Made by a program: the position numbers and the translations under genes. The notes beneath the pieces were generated by a model that made no database searches, was not told where the DNA came from, and saw only the letters and a program-made list of their open reading frames with translations. A DNA stretch of 63,886 bases, filler included, from Acetivibrio sp. (lineage in GTDB: Bacteria; Bacillota; Clostridia; Acetivibrionales; Acetivibrionaceae): assembly GCF_035371925.1 (NCBI RefSeq). It is 3 parts of 3 records of this genome, joined end to end, with 100 filler letters (N's around TTAATTAATTAA, not from the genome) between each part and the next. Parts side by side here need not be neighbours in the genome. Positions count along the whole stretch, not along the records: positions 1 to 22,341 come from NZ_DAORXT010000048.1; 2 more parts are not named here. One strand, 5' to 3'. This document shows, piece after piece, positions 1 through 10,870 of this stretch (position 1 is the stretch's first letter; each line of letters begins with the position of its first letter).

Positions 1-10
1 AATATATAAT

Positions 11-454
11 ATGATAGATAACCGTGAGGAAGTTAATGATATAGCTCAGGAGGTTTTTATCAAAATCTACAGGTCATTGGGCAAGTATAATCTCGAATAT
101 AAGTTTTCTACATGGTCTGTTCGAATTGCAACAAACCATTGTGTTGATGTCCTGAGAAAAAAGAAAGCAGACGAAATTTCCATAGATGAAGCAATTGGTG
201 TTTCCAGTAATTTTGACACTCCTGAAGAAGATTATTTGAAAAAGGAAAAAAGGCAAAGAATTAATTATGAATTGTCCAAACTTCCGGATAAATATCGCAT
301 ACCGCTGATTCTGTTTCATAAAAACGGTCTTTCATACGAGGAAATTTCGCAAATTTTAAACGAGCCAATGTCGATTATAAAAAACAGACTTTATCGAGCA
401 AGGCTCATGTTAAAAGAAGCTTTATCTTCCGAAAGAAAGGAAGGAATTTTATGA
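11..454 (+). CDS. ECF RNA polymerase sigma factor (SigW/SigE-like), probably 5'-truncated by the window edge
   Basis: Region 2 motif AQEVFIKIY..KFSTW..IATNHCVD and region 4 LSYEEISQIL..IKNRLYRAR; overlaps the downstream anti-sigma gene. Confidence 0.85.
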   Translation: MIDNREEVNDIAQEVFIKIYRSLGKYNLEYKFSTWSVRIATNHCVDVLRKKKADEISIDEAIGVSSNFDTPEEDYLKKEKRQRINYELSKLPDKYRIPLILFHKNGLSYEEISQILNEPMSIIKNRLYRARLMLKEALSSERKEGIL

Positions 455-1032
455 ATTGTGATTTATATAAAGAGTATATTATGAAGTATATGGACAAAGT
501 AATAACGGAAGCTGAAGAGATTAAGCTTAATAAACACTTGAAACAGTGCAACGCATGCAGCATGGAATTTAACGAATTAAAAAGTATTGTGAATGTTCTT
601 GAAGAAGAAAACGTTGTCGAGCCGCCTGCCGATTTTGAAAATGCGGTTGTGAAAAAGATAAATGAACTTAACATTTATCGCAAAAAACAGAGTAAAAAGA
701 TAATTACAATATCGTGCATTGCCTTTGTTTTTACATTTGCGGCCATATTATTGATGCTTGCAGTTTTGCTAAGAGAGAGTATTCTCGGTCTGCTCCTTGG
801 CGTCGGCGTGTCGGAACCGTTGTCCTATGCTGTTTACGGATTCCTTACACGTATAGATTTGCTGATTGTGTATGCTGCTTATGTCGTTGGAAACGGAAAA
901 TTGGCATTTTCAGATTTTTATTATATATTAGTAGGCCTTGTTGTCATCGGCTTAATTTCAAAAACATATGAAGTCAAGTCTGTCAGGGTATCTCAAAAGA
1001 GTGAGGTGCTTCTTAGAAGCAGAAAAAAATGA
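451..1032 (+). CDS. Zinc-finger (zf-HC2/ZAS) transmembrane anti-sigma factor
   Basis: HLKQCNAC (HxxxCxxC) at the N-terminus, then hydrophobic segments; ATGA overlap with the sigma gene. Confidence 0.8.
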   Translation: MNCDLYKEYIMKYMDKVITEAEEIKLNKHLKQCNACSMEFNELKSIVNVLEEENVVEPPADFENAVVKKINELNIYRKKQSKKIITISCIAFVFTFAAILLMLAVLLRESILGLLLGVGVSEPLSYAVYGFLTRIDLLIVYAAYVVGNGKLAFSDFYYILVGLVVIGLISKTYEVKSVRVSQKSEVLLRSRKK

Positions 1033-1071
1033 AAAACGCGAATTTAAAAATAAATTAATAAATTAACAATC

Positions 1072-1110
1072 AAACGAAGCTTTTCTATAAAGGCTTTGTT
1101 TTTTTTGTTT
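1072..1110 (+). terminator. Intrinsic terminator after the sigma/anti-sigma pair
   Basis: AAACGAAGC...GCTTTGTTT stem followed by a T-tract. Confidence 0.55.
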
Positions 1111-1175
1111 ATGAAAATAATACTTGAATTATATGTTTTCATAACTCTAATAATAAAAAAACGGAGGTGGTTTCG

Positions 1176-1547
1176 ATGACCCAAGATTTTGACAAAAAAA
1201 ATGAAACGATTTTAAAAGAGCAAGATGACCACAACGAAAAAGAGCAAAATGATAATATAGATTTTTTCTTCGAGAATGAACAAATAAATGAGATTGATAA
1301 AGGAGCAATAGCGTTAGAAAGGGTAAATCGTCTTTATGTGGTTTTGGGTTGGGTAAGTGCGGTTATGGCATTATTTACAACACCGTTTGTTGCCATAGCC
1401 GGCATAATTTTTGGAGTGACTTTGCAAAAGCAGAGGCAAGGAAGCGGTAATGCAGTAATTGTGGCAAATATTGTGTTTGCCTTGATTAATATAATATTTA
1501 ACATAATTGTACTGTTGCTGACAGCTAATATGATTGGCGGGTATTAA
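1176..1547 (+). CDS. Small membrane protein (DUF4190-like)
   Basis: GGAGG RBS before ATG 1176; acidic N-terminus and C-terminal TM helices with GIIFGV..G motif. Confidence 0.6.
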   Translation: MTQDFDKKNETILKEQDDHNEKEQNDNIDFFFENEQINEIDKGAIALERVNRLYVVLGWVSAVMALFTTPFVAIAGIIFGVTLQKQRQGSGNAVIVANIVFALINIIFNIIVLLLTANMIGGY

Positions 1548-1691
1548 TCACCGGTGCATCTGGCTTGATTGAAATTTTTATTTATGAGAGTGCTTAATAG
1601 AACAGTAATTTAAGTACTCTCATAGAATTGTTAGAATAATCTTTCACAATATATATTGAAGAAAAATCCTGGAAGAAAGAAGGGATTTGGG

Positions 1692-2561
1692 ATGGAACGT
1701 AAAGTCATACGAAAGAAAAAGCTTACAATTTTTATTGTGACTCTTGTTATTGCTTTAAGTGTTGGTTGCAAATTTAGTGAGAGAAATGTAAGTGAAAGAA
1801 AAGTAAATGAAACAAAAGTAAAATATAATGTATATTTAAAAGACATAAATGTTGGCGGTAAAAGTAAATCGGAAGTTGAGCAAATTATCTGGGAATTGTC
1901 AAACGGGATTGATACGCCTCCAAAGGATGCGGTGCTAAACGAAGAGACCCTTGAGATTACACCGGAAGAGCCTGGAAAAAAGCTTGATATAGAGAGTACC
2001 CTTGAAGCTGTTTTAAGCGCTAAAGAAGGGGAGAGGGTTGAGCCTGTGGTTCAAGAGATGAAGCCAAAGATAACGCAGAAGGACGTGGAAAAAACAATAG
2101 TGGAAATAGCAAGCTACTCGACCCCTTTGCTGGATGACAGTGAAAACCGGGTGGATAATATAGATACGGCATCCGAATATCTGAATAATGAGAAGGTTCA
2201 GCCGGGAGAGGAATTTTCATTCAACGGAACCTTGGGGAGAAGAACAGCAGAAAAAGGGTATAAAAAGGCACCAATAATAAAAAGAACACAGAGTGGTCCC
2301 AAAAAGGGATATGGAATTGGCGGCGGTATTTGCCAGCTGTCTACCACACTCTATAACGCAGTGGAAAAAGCGGGGCTGGAAATAACCGAAAGGCACTCTC
2401 ATTCAAAAAAAGTGCCCTATGTGCCTCAAGGGAAGGATGCAATGGTAGCCTACGGTTCATCCGACTTTAGATTTAAGAATAATCGGCAAAACCCGATAGT
2501 TATCAAGTCAGAGATAAAGGACGGTAAAGTAACGGTACGGCTGTATGAAATTAGGAAATAG
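1692..2561 (+). CDS. VanW family protein with N-terminal membrane anchor
   Basis: V.PGEEFSFNGTLG and GGGICQLSTTLY motifs. Start is ATG 1692 or TTG 1656. Confidence 0.8.
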   Translation: MERKVIRKKKLTIFIVTLVIALSVGCKFSERNVSERKVNETKVKYNVYLKDINVGGKSKSEVEQIIWELSNGIDTPPKDAVLNEETLEITPEEPGKKLDIESTLEAVLSAKEGERVEPVVQEMKPKITQKDVEKTIVEIASYSTPLLDDSENRVDNIDTASEYLNNEKVQPGEEFSFNGTLGRRTAEKGYKKAPIIKRTQSGPKKGYGIGGGICQLSTTLYNAVEKAGLEITERHSHSKKVPYVPQGKDAMVAYGSSDFRFKNNRQNPIVIKSEIKDGKVTVRLYEIRK

Positions 2562-2722
2562 TGTAAAATAGGGAAAATGGCATTGCCTTGTTGTATATTT
2601 ATGATAAAATAGTTGTTGACGAAAAGACTGAAATTCGCCAAAAACTATGGAACAATTCCGAAAATAATGATATAAATATAAATAAATGCAAAGAAAGCGA
2701 GATTTTTGGGAGGCTGTATGAG

Positions 2723-2992
2723 ATGGTAAAGAAAGAGATTGTAATTAACAATATTTCCGGACTGGAATCAAAGCTGGCAGCAATGTTTATTCAGAAGGCA
2801 TCAAATTACAAATCAACTGTATGGATTGAAAAGGGTGAAAGAAAGGCCAATGCCAAAAGTCTTTTGGGGCTTTTATCTTTAGGTATAGGAAAAGGCAGCA
2901 AGATTATGCTTATTGCCGAAGGTGAGGATGAAGTTGAGGCTCTGGATGATTTGGAAAACTATCTGGCATCGGGCCTTGGGGAAAGTGTTTGA
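2723..2992 (+). CDS. HPr/Crh-like phosphocarrier protein, Glu at position 15, Ser46 retained
   Basis: GGAGG RBS before ATG 2723; 89 aa; NAKSLLG Ser46 motif; GLESK replaces GLHAR. Confidence 0.85.
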   Translation: MVKKEIVINNISGLESKLAAMFIQKASNYKSTVWIEKGERKANAKSLLGLLSLGIGKGSKIMLIAEGEDEVEALDDLENYLASGLGESV

Positions 2993-2995
2993 GCT

Positions 2996-4747
2996 ATGGA
3001 GAGAAAGAGCTTTGAAGGTGAGCCTGTTTCAACGGGAACAGGAATGGGTAAAATACTTATTATAAAGGAATCTGATATTGAAATAAAAGATGATTTGATA
3101 GATGAATCTGATGTGGAAGAGCAGATTACAAATCTTGAGGTGGCGATATGCAGAACCTTTATAGAAATTTATGATTTAAATGACGGTTTTAAAGGAATAC
3201 TTAGTGAAGAGGAAAACCGTATTTTTGAATTTTACAAAGAAATACTTGATGACCAAACGTTTTTCGATGAGATTAAGAATTTAATAAAAAACGAAAGATA
3301 CAGTGCCAAGAAGGCAATATATTCATGCATAAAGAGATATATTGATGAAATATCCAACAGCAATAATGAATATATAAAACAGCGGGTCTTTGACCTGAAT
3401 GATGTTGCGAAAAGATTAATTAGAAATATTTCTGGTAATGCATCCGACGAAAACGGCATGAAAATCAGGGAAATAAACGGCGATTGGATTGTGGTGATAA
3501 AGGAGCTTACACCGATAATCGCAGCATCGCTTGCCAAAAAGGAAGTTAAGGGGGTTGTGGCACAGGAGGGTGCCGGTTATTTTACTCATGCATCGATAAT
3601 TTTAAGGAGCACGGGCATACCTGCGATAAACGGAATTTCTATCGATGAGATTGAAAAGTTTGACGGTTGCCATGCCATAATAGACGGAAGTAAAGGCGTA
3701 TTTGTTGTAAACCCCTCGGATATTGAAATACAAGACTTGACGGTTGATTATTCCAAAGAGTCTTCTGAAAAGAACAGCGAAAACGTTAGTGTGCCATGTG
3801 AAAGAAAGCCTGTTGAAACCTTAGACGGACACAAGGTGGGGTTATTTGCAAACGTCAGCAGCGTAAAAGAATTTCTTGCTGCAAAAAAACTTGGGATTGA
3901 CGGTATAGGGCTTGTCAGAACCGAATCGATTTTTATTAACTATAAAAAAATACCTGATGAAAAAAGACAGTATCTGATTTACTCCAAAATAGCCAAGGAT
4001 ATAGGCGGAAAACCTGTAGTCATACGGACGGTGGACATCGGCGGAGATAAAGTTCCGCAAGCACTGGAGATTAATGACCAGTCCCTAAGCCGAAGCTCAA
4101 GGGGAATTAAAAGATCCCTGGAGCAAAAGACGGAGCTTGTTGCACAGATTCGTGCAATAATATGCGCCGCAGAATTCGGTGAAGTGAGTATTTCCTTCCC
4201 CATGGTGGATTCGATAGAACAGATAATGGAAGTAAAACGCATTATAAAAGATATCGGGGAAGAACTGACGGAAAAAAACGGGCAACCTCCGAAAAGCATG
4301 AAAATTGGAACAATGATAGAGACAGCCGCGTCTGTAAAAATTATTGATGAAATTTTGGACGAGGTAGATTTTATAAGCATAGGCACAAATGATATGCTAC
4401 ATCAAATATGCGAGCAAAACAGGAAATGCTCTACCCTCGAAATGAGGTCATACCTTGAACCGGTTTTCTTGCAAACTTTAAAATACTGTGTGGATAAAGC
4501 CATTGAAAAGAACAAGCCTGCAAGCATTTGCGGAGAAATGGCAACGGACCCGATGGCCGTAGTAGTACTTTTGGGAATGGGTGTAAAGAATTTAAGTATG
4601 TGCCCTGCCCATATTGAGAATATATGCCGCTTTATCGGAACGATAAGACTTGATGAGGCAAAAGATGCAGCAAAAAGGGCAATGGAGAGCAAAAACCTTC
4701 AAGAGGTAAAGGATATGCTTTCAGAATGGATAAAAAGCAGGATGTGA
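2996..4747 (+). CDS. ptsI: PTS enzyme I (PEP-protein phosphotransferase)
   Basis: FTHASIILRS (phospho-His), RTVDIGGDK, MIET, GTND and ICGEMA motifs. Confidence 0.9.
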   Translation: MERKSFEGEPVSTGTGMGKILIIKESDIEIKDDLIDESDVEEQITNLEVAICRTFIEIYDLNDGFKGILSEEENRIFEFYKEILDDQTFFDEIKNLIKNERYSAKKAIYSCIKRYIDEISNSNNEYIKQRVFDLNDVAKRLIRNISGNASDENGMKIREINGDWIVVIKELTPIIAASLAKKEVKGVVAQEGAGYFTHASIILRSTGIPAINGISIDEIEKFDGCHAIIDGSKGVFVVNPSDIEIQDLTVDYSKESSEKNSENVSVPCERKPVETLDGHKVGLFANVSSVKEFLAAKKLGIDGIGLVRTESIFINYKKIPDEKRQYLIYSKIAKDIGGKPVVIRTVDIGGDKVPQALEINDQSLSRSSRGIKRSLEQKTELVAQIRAIICAAEFGEVSISFPMVDSIEQIMEVKRIIKDIGEELTEKNGQPPKSMKIGTMIETAASVKIIDEILDEVDFISIGTNDMLHQICEQNRKCSTLEMRSYLEPVFLQTLKYCVDKAIEKNKPASICGEMATDPMAVVVLLGMGVKNLSMCPAHIENICRFIGTIRLDEAKDAAKRAMESKNLQEVKDMLSEWIKSRM

Positions 4748-6624
4748 AAAAAGTGTTTGACATTCAAGAGGAATTGAAAAAGCTGCCGGACAAACCGGGC
4801 GTCTACATTATGAAAGACAAAAATGGCGAGATAATTTATATTGGAAAAGCAGTTGTTTTAAAAAACAGGGTAAGACAGTATTTTCAATCCTTGTCAAACC
4901 AGACTCCAAAAGTCAGGGCCATGGTTTCGCATATCAAAGAATTTGAGTATATAGTGACTGATACGGAGCTTGAGGCGTTGATACTTGAATGCAACTTAAT
5001 CAAAAAGCACAGGCCCAAGTTTAATATATTATTGAAGGATGACAAAAGCTATCCGTATATTAAGGTTACCATGAACGAAGATTTTCCCCGGATTTTGATG
5101 ACACGCAGGATTGAGAAGGATGGGGCAAAGTATTTCGGACCGTATACCAGTGTATTTGCCGTTCGGGAGACAATTGATCTTGTAAAAAAGCTGTTTCCTA
5201 TAAAAACCTGCAACAAGGTGCTCCCGAGAGATATCGGGAAAGGGCGGCCATGCCTTAACTATCACATATACCAGTGCCTTGGACCCTGCCAGGGAAATGT
5301 GAACAGGGAGGAGTACAGAGCCCTGATGCTGGACATCTGTAGTTTCCTGGGAGGAAGGCAAGAGGATATAATTAAAAGACTTGAGAATGACATGAAAAAA
5401 GCAGCGGATAATCTTGAGTTTGAAAAGGCCGCTAAAATAAGGGATAAAATCAATAGCTTGAGGCATATTGCAGAGAAGCAAAAGATTATATCCACAGCAA
5501 TGGAAGACCAGGATGTCATAGCCTTTGCCAAGAGCGAGACCGACTCGTGCATACAGGTATTTTTCATCAGGGGAGGCAAGCTGATTGGAAGGGAGCACTT
5601 TATTTTGGAAGGAACGGCTGATGTCAGCGACAGCGAGTTGATGACGGCTTTTGTCAAGCAGTTTTACAGCAGTGCTGCCTATGTGCCCAACCAGATAATT
5701 CTCCAAGAGGATATTGATGAAATAGAAATTATTGAAAGATGGCTCAGCAGCAAAAGAACCTCAAAGACCCACATAAAGGTGCCGAGAAAAGGTGAAAAGT
5801 TGAAGCTCGTGGAGATGGTATCCAAAAACGCGCTGATTGAGCTTAACCAGTTTAAAGAAAAAATCAGAAAAGAGACGGCACAAGCCAAAGAGGGTATGGA
5901 AAAACTTAAAGAGGTTTTAAATCTTGACTCTCTTCCTGAAAGAATTGAAGCATATGACATATCCAACACGGGAAGCAGTGAAATTGTGGGCTCGATGGTG
6001 GTTTTTGAAAATGGCTCTCCTAAAAAGAGCGATTACAGAAGGTTTAAGATAAAGTCAACCAATATACAGAACGATTATCAGAGTATGCAGGAGGTTGTTT
6101 TCAGAAGACTTAAACGAGCCCAAAGGGCAATGGTTGAAAAAGATGGCGATGACAAAAAAGATATTGCAGGTGGGGATACGGGATTTGGTAAGCTTCCGGA
6201 TGTTCTGCTTGTGGACGGAGGCTTGGGACATGTGAATGCAGTGCGCAGCATATTGAAAGAATTCGATTTTAAAATACCCGTATATGGAATGGTAAAGGAC
6301 GACAACCACAGAACAAGAGGACTGGTGTCGGAGAAAAATGAATTTGATTTGTCAAAGGACATTGTGCTGCTAAGGTTCGTGACAGCGATTCAGGATGAGG
6401 CCCACAGGTTTGCCTTGGAATACAATAAAAAGCTCAGAGCAAAAAGATACAGCGGCTCAGTGTTGGATAACATAGAAGGTGTAGGGCCAAAACGAAAAAA
6501 GGCGCTGATTAAACATTTTGGTTCGGTTAAAGCCATTAAAGAGGCTGAGCCGGACGAAATTGCGAAAGTTAAGGGAATCAGCGAAGAATTGGCGCAAAAA
6601 ATATATGATTATTTTAGACAATAG
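4726..6624 (+). CDS. uvrC: Excinuclease ABC subunit C
   Basis: GIY-YIG (GVY..IYIGKA), UVR domain, RIEAYDIS, VDGG, C-terminal HhH. Confidence 0.97.
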   Translation: MDKKQDVKKVFDIQEELKKLPDKPGVYIMKDKNGEIIYIGKAVVLKNRVRQYFQSLSNQTPKVRAMVSHIKEFEYIVTDTELEALILECNLIKKHRPKFNILLKDDKSYPYIKVTMNEDFPRILMTRRIEKDGAKYFGPYTSVFAVRETIDLVKKLFPIKTCNKVLPRDIGKGRPCLNYHIYQCLGPCQGNVNREEYRALMLDICSFLGGRQEDIIKRLENDMKKAADNLEFEKAAKIRDKINSLRHIAEKQKIISTAMEDQDVIAFAKSETDSCIQVFFIRGGKLIGREHFILEGTADVSDSELMTAFVKQFYSSAAYVPNQIILQEDIDEIEIIERWLSSKRTSKTHIKVPRKGEKLKLVEMVSKNALIELNQFKEKIRKETAQAKEGMEKLKEVLNLDSLPERIEAYDISNTGSSEIVGSMVVFENGSPKKSDYRRFKIKSTNIQNDYQSMQEVVFRRLKRAQRAMVEKDGDDKKDIAGGDTGFGKLPDVLLVDGGLGHVNAVRSILKEFDFKIPVYGMVKDDNHRTRGLVSEKNEFDLSKDIVLLRFVTAIQDEAHRFALEYNKKLRAKRYSGSVLDNIEGVGPKRKKALIKHFGSVKAIKEAEPDEIAKVKGISEELAQKIYDYFRQ

Positions 6625-6636
6625 GAGCAAAGGTAA

Positions 6637-7353
6637 ATGGCGGTATATGCAATTTCCGACCTCCATTTGGCCTATGGTGTTGATAAGCCCATGGACATTT
6701 TTGGAGACAGATGGTCCAATTATATGCAGAAAATAAAGGATAACTGGAATAGGACTGTTAGGGAAGAAGACTTTGTAATTGTGCCCGGAGATATTTCCTG
6801 GGCTACTTATCTTGAACAGGCCGTGGAGGATTTTAAATTTATAGAGGCGCTTCCCGGGAGGAAAATAATTTCCAAAGGCAATCACGATTACTGGTGGACT
6901 ACCATGAGCAAACTGCAGAAATTCCTTCTGGAGAATGATTTTAAAACCATAAGTTTTATGCACAACAACAGCATTAAAGTGGACGAATATGTTATATGCG
7001 GTACAAGGGGCTGGAAGTGTCCCGGAGATGACGAATTTGGTGCAGAGGACAAGAAAATATATGACCGGGAGTTAAATCGCCTGGAGCTTTCATTAAAGAG
7101 TGCATTGGGTTTGGCGGAAAGCGGAAGTATAATTGTGGCTATGCATTATCCACCCTTTAATTCCTCGGGAGAACCCTCGGATTTTGTGGAAATAATGAGG
7201 AAATATAATGTAGAAATGTGTATTTACGGTCATTTGCACGGAAACAGCTTCAAAGGCGCTGTTACCGGGATTGTACAAGGCATTCGGTTTAAGCTGGTTT
7301 CAGCCGATTATTTAAATTTTGACCCTGTTTTACTTAGTTTGCAAAATTTTTAA
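6637..7353 (+). CDS. Calcineurin-like metallophosphoesterase
   Basis: SDLH, PGDIS, KGNHD, HYPP and GHLH motifs. Confidence 0.85.
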   Translation: MAVYAISDLHLAYGVDKPMDIFGDRWSNYMQKIKDNWNRTVREEDFVIVPGDISWATYLEQAVEDFKFIEALPGRKIISKGNHDYWWTTMSKLQKFLLENDFKTISFMHNNSIKVDEYVICGTRGWKCPGDDEFGAEDKKIYDRELNRLELSLKSALGLAESGSIIVAMHYPPFNSSGEPSDFVEIMRKYNVEMCIYGHLHGNSFKGAVTGIVQGIRFKLVSADYLNFDPVLLSLQNF

Positions 7354-7538
7354 GTCTATATATTGGATTTTCAAAAAATATTATGTTATAATGTAATGGC
7401 TGTCTTAATAAGCATTAGACAGGAAAATCAAATAATGTTAAGAATGATAAAATATAAGAATGGAAATTTGCGATTAAACAAAAATTAATTATACAAAAAT
7501 ATAGTATAAAAACCTGATAATAGGAGGATAAGTTTTAA

Positions 7539-8825
7539 ATGGTTGTTAAGGTTGAAAAGAAAGATAAAAACATTGTAGAGCTTGAGATTGAAGTGGAAGC
7601 TGCGAAATTTGAAGAGGCAGTACAGAAGGCTTACCAGAAGAATTCCCAAAAATTTAGCGTTCCTGGATTCAGAAGGGGAAAAGCTCCCAGAAATATCATC
7701 GAAAGATATTATGGAAAAGAAGTTTTTTATGAAGATGCTATAAATATTGCATGTGCAGATGCATATGATAAAGCAATCGAAGAAAATGATATTTTCCCTG
7801 TTGACAGGCCGAACATAAATATCAAGAAGGTCGGCGAGGGAGAAAATCTGGTGTTTACCGCCAGCGTTACTGTAAAGCCCGAAGTGGAATTGGGAGAATA
7901 CAAGGGCGTTGAGGTTGAAAAGATTGAAGTAAATATCACCGATGAAGATGTGGAAAAGGAACTTAAGGCAGTTGCCGAAAAGAACGCAAGAATTATGTCC
8001 GTGGAGGACAGAGGCATACAAAAAGGCGATTTGGCTGATATTGACTTTGAAGGTTTTATAGACGGTGAACCTTTTGAAGGAGGAAAAGCCAGCGGATATG
8101 TTTTGGAAATCGGTTCGGGGACATTTATTGACGGGTTTGAGGATCAGCTCATAGGAGGAAGACCGGGAGACGATATAGAAGTTAATGTTACTTTCCCCGA
8201 AGACTACGGAAAAGAAGAATTGGCGGGCAAACCTGCATTGTTCAAAGTAATTGTCAATGATGTAAAGGTTAAGGAACTGCCTGAAATTGACGATGAGTTT
8301 GCAAAGGATGTAAGTGAGTTTGATACTTTGGAAGAGTACAAGGAAAGTATAAGGAAAAAGCTTACGGAAGGTGCCGAGCATAAAGCCAAACACGAGTTGG
8401 AGGATAAAGTAATAGCAAAAGTAATGGAAAATGCCCAGGTTGATATTCCTGAGGTAATGATTGAAAGACAAATAGACAGTATTGTTCGTGATTACAACAT
8501 GAGACTTAGCTATCAAGGTCTGGACCTTGACAAGTATCTCATGATTATGGGCATCGATTACGATACCTTCAGAAGCCAGCTTAGAGACAGGGCACACGAT
8601 GACATAAAGAGACAGCTTGTATTGGAAAAGGTAGCCAAGGTAGAAGATATGAAGGTGTCCGATGAAGAGTTTGATGAAGAAACTGAAAAAATTGCCAAGA
8701 GCTACAATATGGAACAAGAAGATTTTAAGAAACATTTGAGAGATGACGATATAGAATATATCAAGGCAACAATACTATTCAAAAAAGCTGTTGACTTTTT
8801 AGTACAAAGTGCAAAAATATTATAA
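7539..8825 (+). CDS. tig: Trigger factor
   Basis: VPGFRRGKAP ribosome-binding motif, FKBP domain; tig-clpP-clpX synteny. Confidence 0.97.
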   Translation: MVVKVEKKDKNIVELEIEVEAAKFEEAVQKAYQKNSQKFSVPGFRRGKAPRNIIERYYGKEVFYEDAINIACADAYDKAIEENDIFPVDRPNINIKKVGEGENLVFTASVTVKPEVELGEYKGVEVEKIEVNITDEDVEKELKAVAEKNARIMSVEDRGIQKGDLADIDFEGFIDGEPFEGGKASGYVLEIGSGTFIDGFEDQLIGGRPGDDIEVNVTFPEDYGKEELAGKPALFKVIVNDVKVKELPEIDDEFAKDVSEFDTLEEYKESIRKKLTEGAEHKAKHELEDKVIAKVMENAQVDIPEVMIERQIDSIVRDYNMRLSYQGLDLDKYLMIMGIDYDTFRSQLRDRAHDDIKRQLVLEKVAKVEDMKVSDEEFDEETEKIAKSYNMEQEDFKKHLRDDDIEYIKATILFKKAVDFLVQSAKIL

Positions 8826-8895
8826 AGACAGTTTATTTTACTGCTAATGTGGGAAAACATATATAAGACTTCAAATTAGACAGGGAGGCGTTATT

Positions 8896-9480
8896 ATGAG
8901 TTTGGTACCGATAGTTGTAGAACAGACAAACCGTGGTGAGCGTTCATATGATATTTACTCGAGACTTTTAAAAGATAGAATAATAGTTCTAAGCGATGAA
9001 GTAAACGATGTAACCGCAAGTCTTGTTGTGGCTCAAATGTTGTTTTTGGAAGCAGAAGATCCTGATAAAGATATCCAATTGTATATAAATAGTCCTGGCG
9101 GTTCTGTAACTGCAGGATTTGCCATATATGATACCATGCAGTATGTCAAACCGGATGTTTCTACCATCTGTATAGGTATGGCGGCAAGTATGGGAGCATT
9201 TCTTCTTGCAGCAGGAGCGAAAGGAAAAAGATTTGCATTGCCAAACAGTGAAATCATGATACACCAACCTTTAGGTGGCGCGAGAGGTCAGGCAACGGAT
9301 ATAAAAATTCACGCAGAACAAATAATCAAGATTAAAAACAAATTGAACAGAATTTTAAGCGAGAGAACAGGACAGCCATTTGAAAAAGTTGAAAGGGATA
9401 CGGAAAGAGATTACTTTATGTCTGCAGAAGAAGCTAAAGCTTATGGAATTGTAGATGAGGTTATGGAAAGAAGAAAATAA
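8896..9480 (+). CDS. clpP: ATP-dependent Clp protease proteolytic subunit
   Basis: [15 protein letters not shown] (catalytic Ser), MIHQP. Confidence 0.98.
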   Translation: MSLVPIVVEQTNRGERSYDIYSRLLKDRIIVLSDEVNDVTASLVVAQMLFLEAEDPDKDIQLYINSPGGSVTAGFAIYDTMQYVKPDVSTICIGMAASMGAFLLAAGAKGKRFALPNSEIMIHQPLGGARGQATDIKIHAEQIIKIKNKLNRILSERTGQPFEKVERDTERDYFMSAEEAKAYGIVDEVMERRK

Positions 9481-9493
9481 ATGAGGTGGTAGG

Positions 9494-10789
9494 ATGTCCA
9501 GGTATGATGAAAAGAAGCAATTGAAATGCTCCTTCTGTGGCAAGACTCAAGAGCAAGTGAAAAGACTGGTAGCCGGACCTGGAGTATATATATGTGACGA
9601 GTGCATTGAGCTTTGCTCTGAGATAATTGAAGAAGAATTTGAAGAAGCAAGAGTCGATGCGGAACTCAATGACATACCGAAGCCCAGTGAAATTAAGGAA
9701 ATACTGGACCAGTATGTGGTCGGGCAAGACTCCGCTAAAAAGTCACTGGCTGTAGCGGTTTACAATCATTATAAAAGGATCAATTCGGACGTTAAAGGTT
9801 CGGATGTGGAGCTGCAAAAAAGCAATATAGTTATGCTTGGACCGACTGGTTCGGGAAAGACGCTTTTGGCACAGACATTGGCCAGAATACTGAATGTTCC
9901 CTTTGCTATAGCGGATGCCACATCACTTACCGAAGCGGGATATGTCGGTGAAGACGTTGAAAATATTCTTTTAAAGCTTATTCAGGCAGCTGACTATGAT
10001 ATTGAAAGAGCAGAAAAAGGTATAATATATATTGACGAAATCGACAAAATTGCAAGAAAGTCAGAGAATCCTTCAATAACCAGAGATGTTAGCGGAGAAG
10101 GAGTACAGCAGGCTCTTTTAAAAATTCTTGAAGGAACAATTGCTTCAGTGCCTCCCCAAGGAGGAAGAAAGCATCCCCATCAAGAATTTATACAAATTGA
10201 TACAACCAATATTCTCTTTATATGTGGCGGTGCCTTTGACGGAATAGAGAAAATCATTGAAAACAGAATAGGCAAGAAGTCAATGGGCTTTGGTGCCAAA
10301 ATAGAGAGTCCTAAAAAGACTAATTTGGGTGAAATATTAAAGAACATCCTTCCTCAAGACTTGCTGAAATTCGGACTTATTCCCGAATTTGTCGGAAGAT
10401 TGCCTGTTATTGTTACTTTGCAGTCGCTTGACAGAGATGCTCTCGTGAGGATATTGACCGAGCCGAAAAATGCTCTTGTAAAGCAATATCAGAAGCTCTT
10501 TGAAATAGATGACGTAATTTTGGAGTTTGAGAAAGAAGCTATTGAGGCAATAGCAGACAAGGCAATTGAAAGAAACACCGGCGCAAGAGGATTGAGAGCA
10601 ATAATTGAGGAAATTATGCTGGATGTAATGTATGATGTGCCGTCACAAGAGAATGTGGAGAAATGTATAATTACGAAGGATACTGTTGAGAAATTGGTAC
10701 CACCTAATATAATAATAAATGAGAACAAGAAATCGGTAAAAAAGCCGATGAATAAAAAATCTCGTGTAAAAAAAGAGTCAGCCTCCTAA
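9494..10789 (+). CDS. clpX: Clp protease ATP-binding subunit ClpX
   Basis: CSFCGK zinc finger, [29 protein letters not shown] loop. Confidence 0.98.
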   Translation: MSRYDEKKQLKCSFCGKTQEQVKRLVAGPGVYICDECIELCSEIIEEEFEEARVDAELNDIPKPSEIKEILDQYVVGQDSAKKSLAVAVYNHYKRINSDVKGSDVELQKSNIVMLGPTGSGKTLLAQTLARILNVPFAIADATSLTEAGYVGEDVENILLKLIQAADYDIERAEKGIIYIDEIDKIARKSENPSITRDVSGEGVQQALLKILEGTIASVPPQGGRKHPHQEFIQIDTTNILFICGGAFDGIEKIIENRIGKKSMGFGAKIESPKKTNLGEILKNILPQDLLKFGLIPEFVGRLPVIVTLQSLDRDALVRILTEPKNALVKQYQKLFEIDDVILEFEKEAIEAIADKAIERNTGARGLRAIIEEIMLDVMYDVPSQENVEKCIITKDTVEKLVPPNIIINENKKSVKKPMNKKSRVKKESAS

Positions 10790-10823
10790 AAATTCATGAT
10801 AAATAATTAATATGGGTAAAGCC

Positions 10824-10870
10824 AAAAGAGCCAAGAGGGAGAGAAATCCTCCCGAAAGGCTCTTTTTGTT
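10824..10870 (+). terminator. Intrinsic terminator after clpX
   Basis: AAAAGAGCC/GGCTCTTTT stem with an inner GGGAG/CTCCC helix and a T-tract. Confidence 0.75.

Noticed and set aside
7485..8735. 416-aa antisense ORF opposite tig, and similar shadow ORFs opposite uvrC, dnaG, PHP and cas genes
   Set aside because: Fully overlap well-supported genes on the other strand and have no recognisable motifs or RBS.
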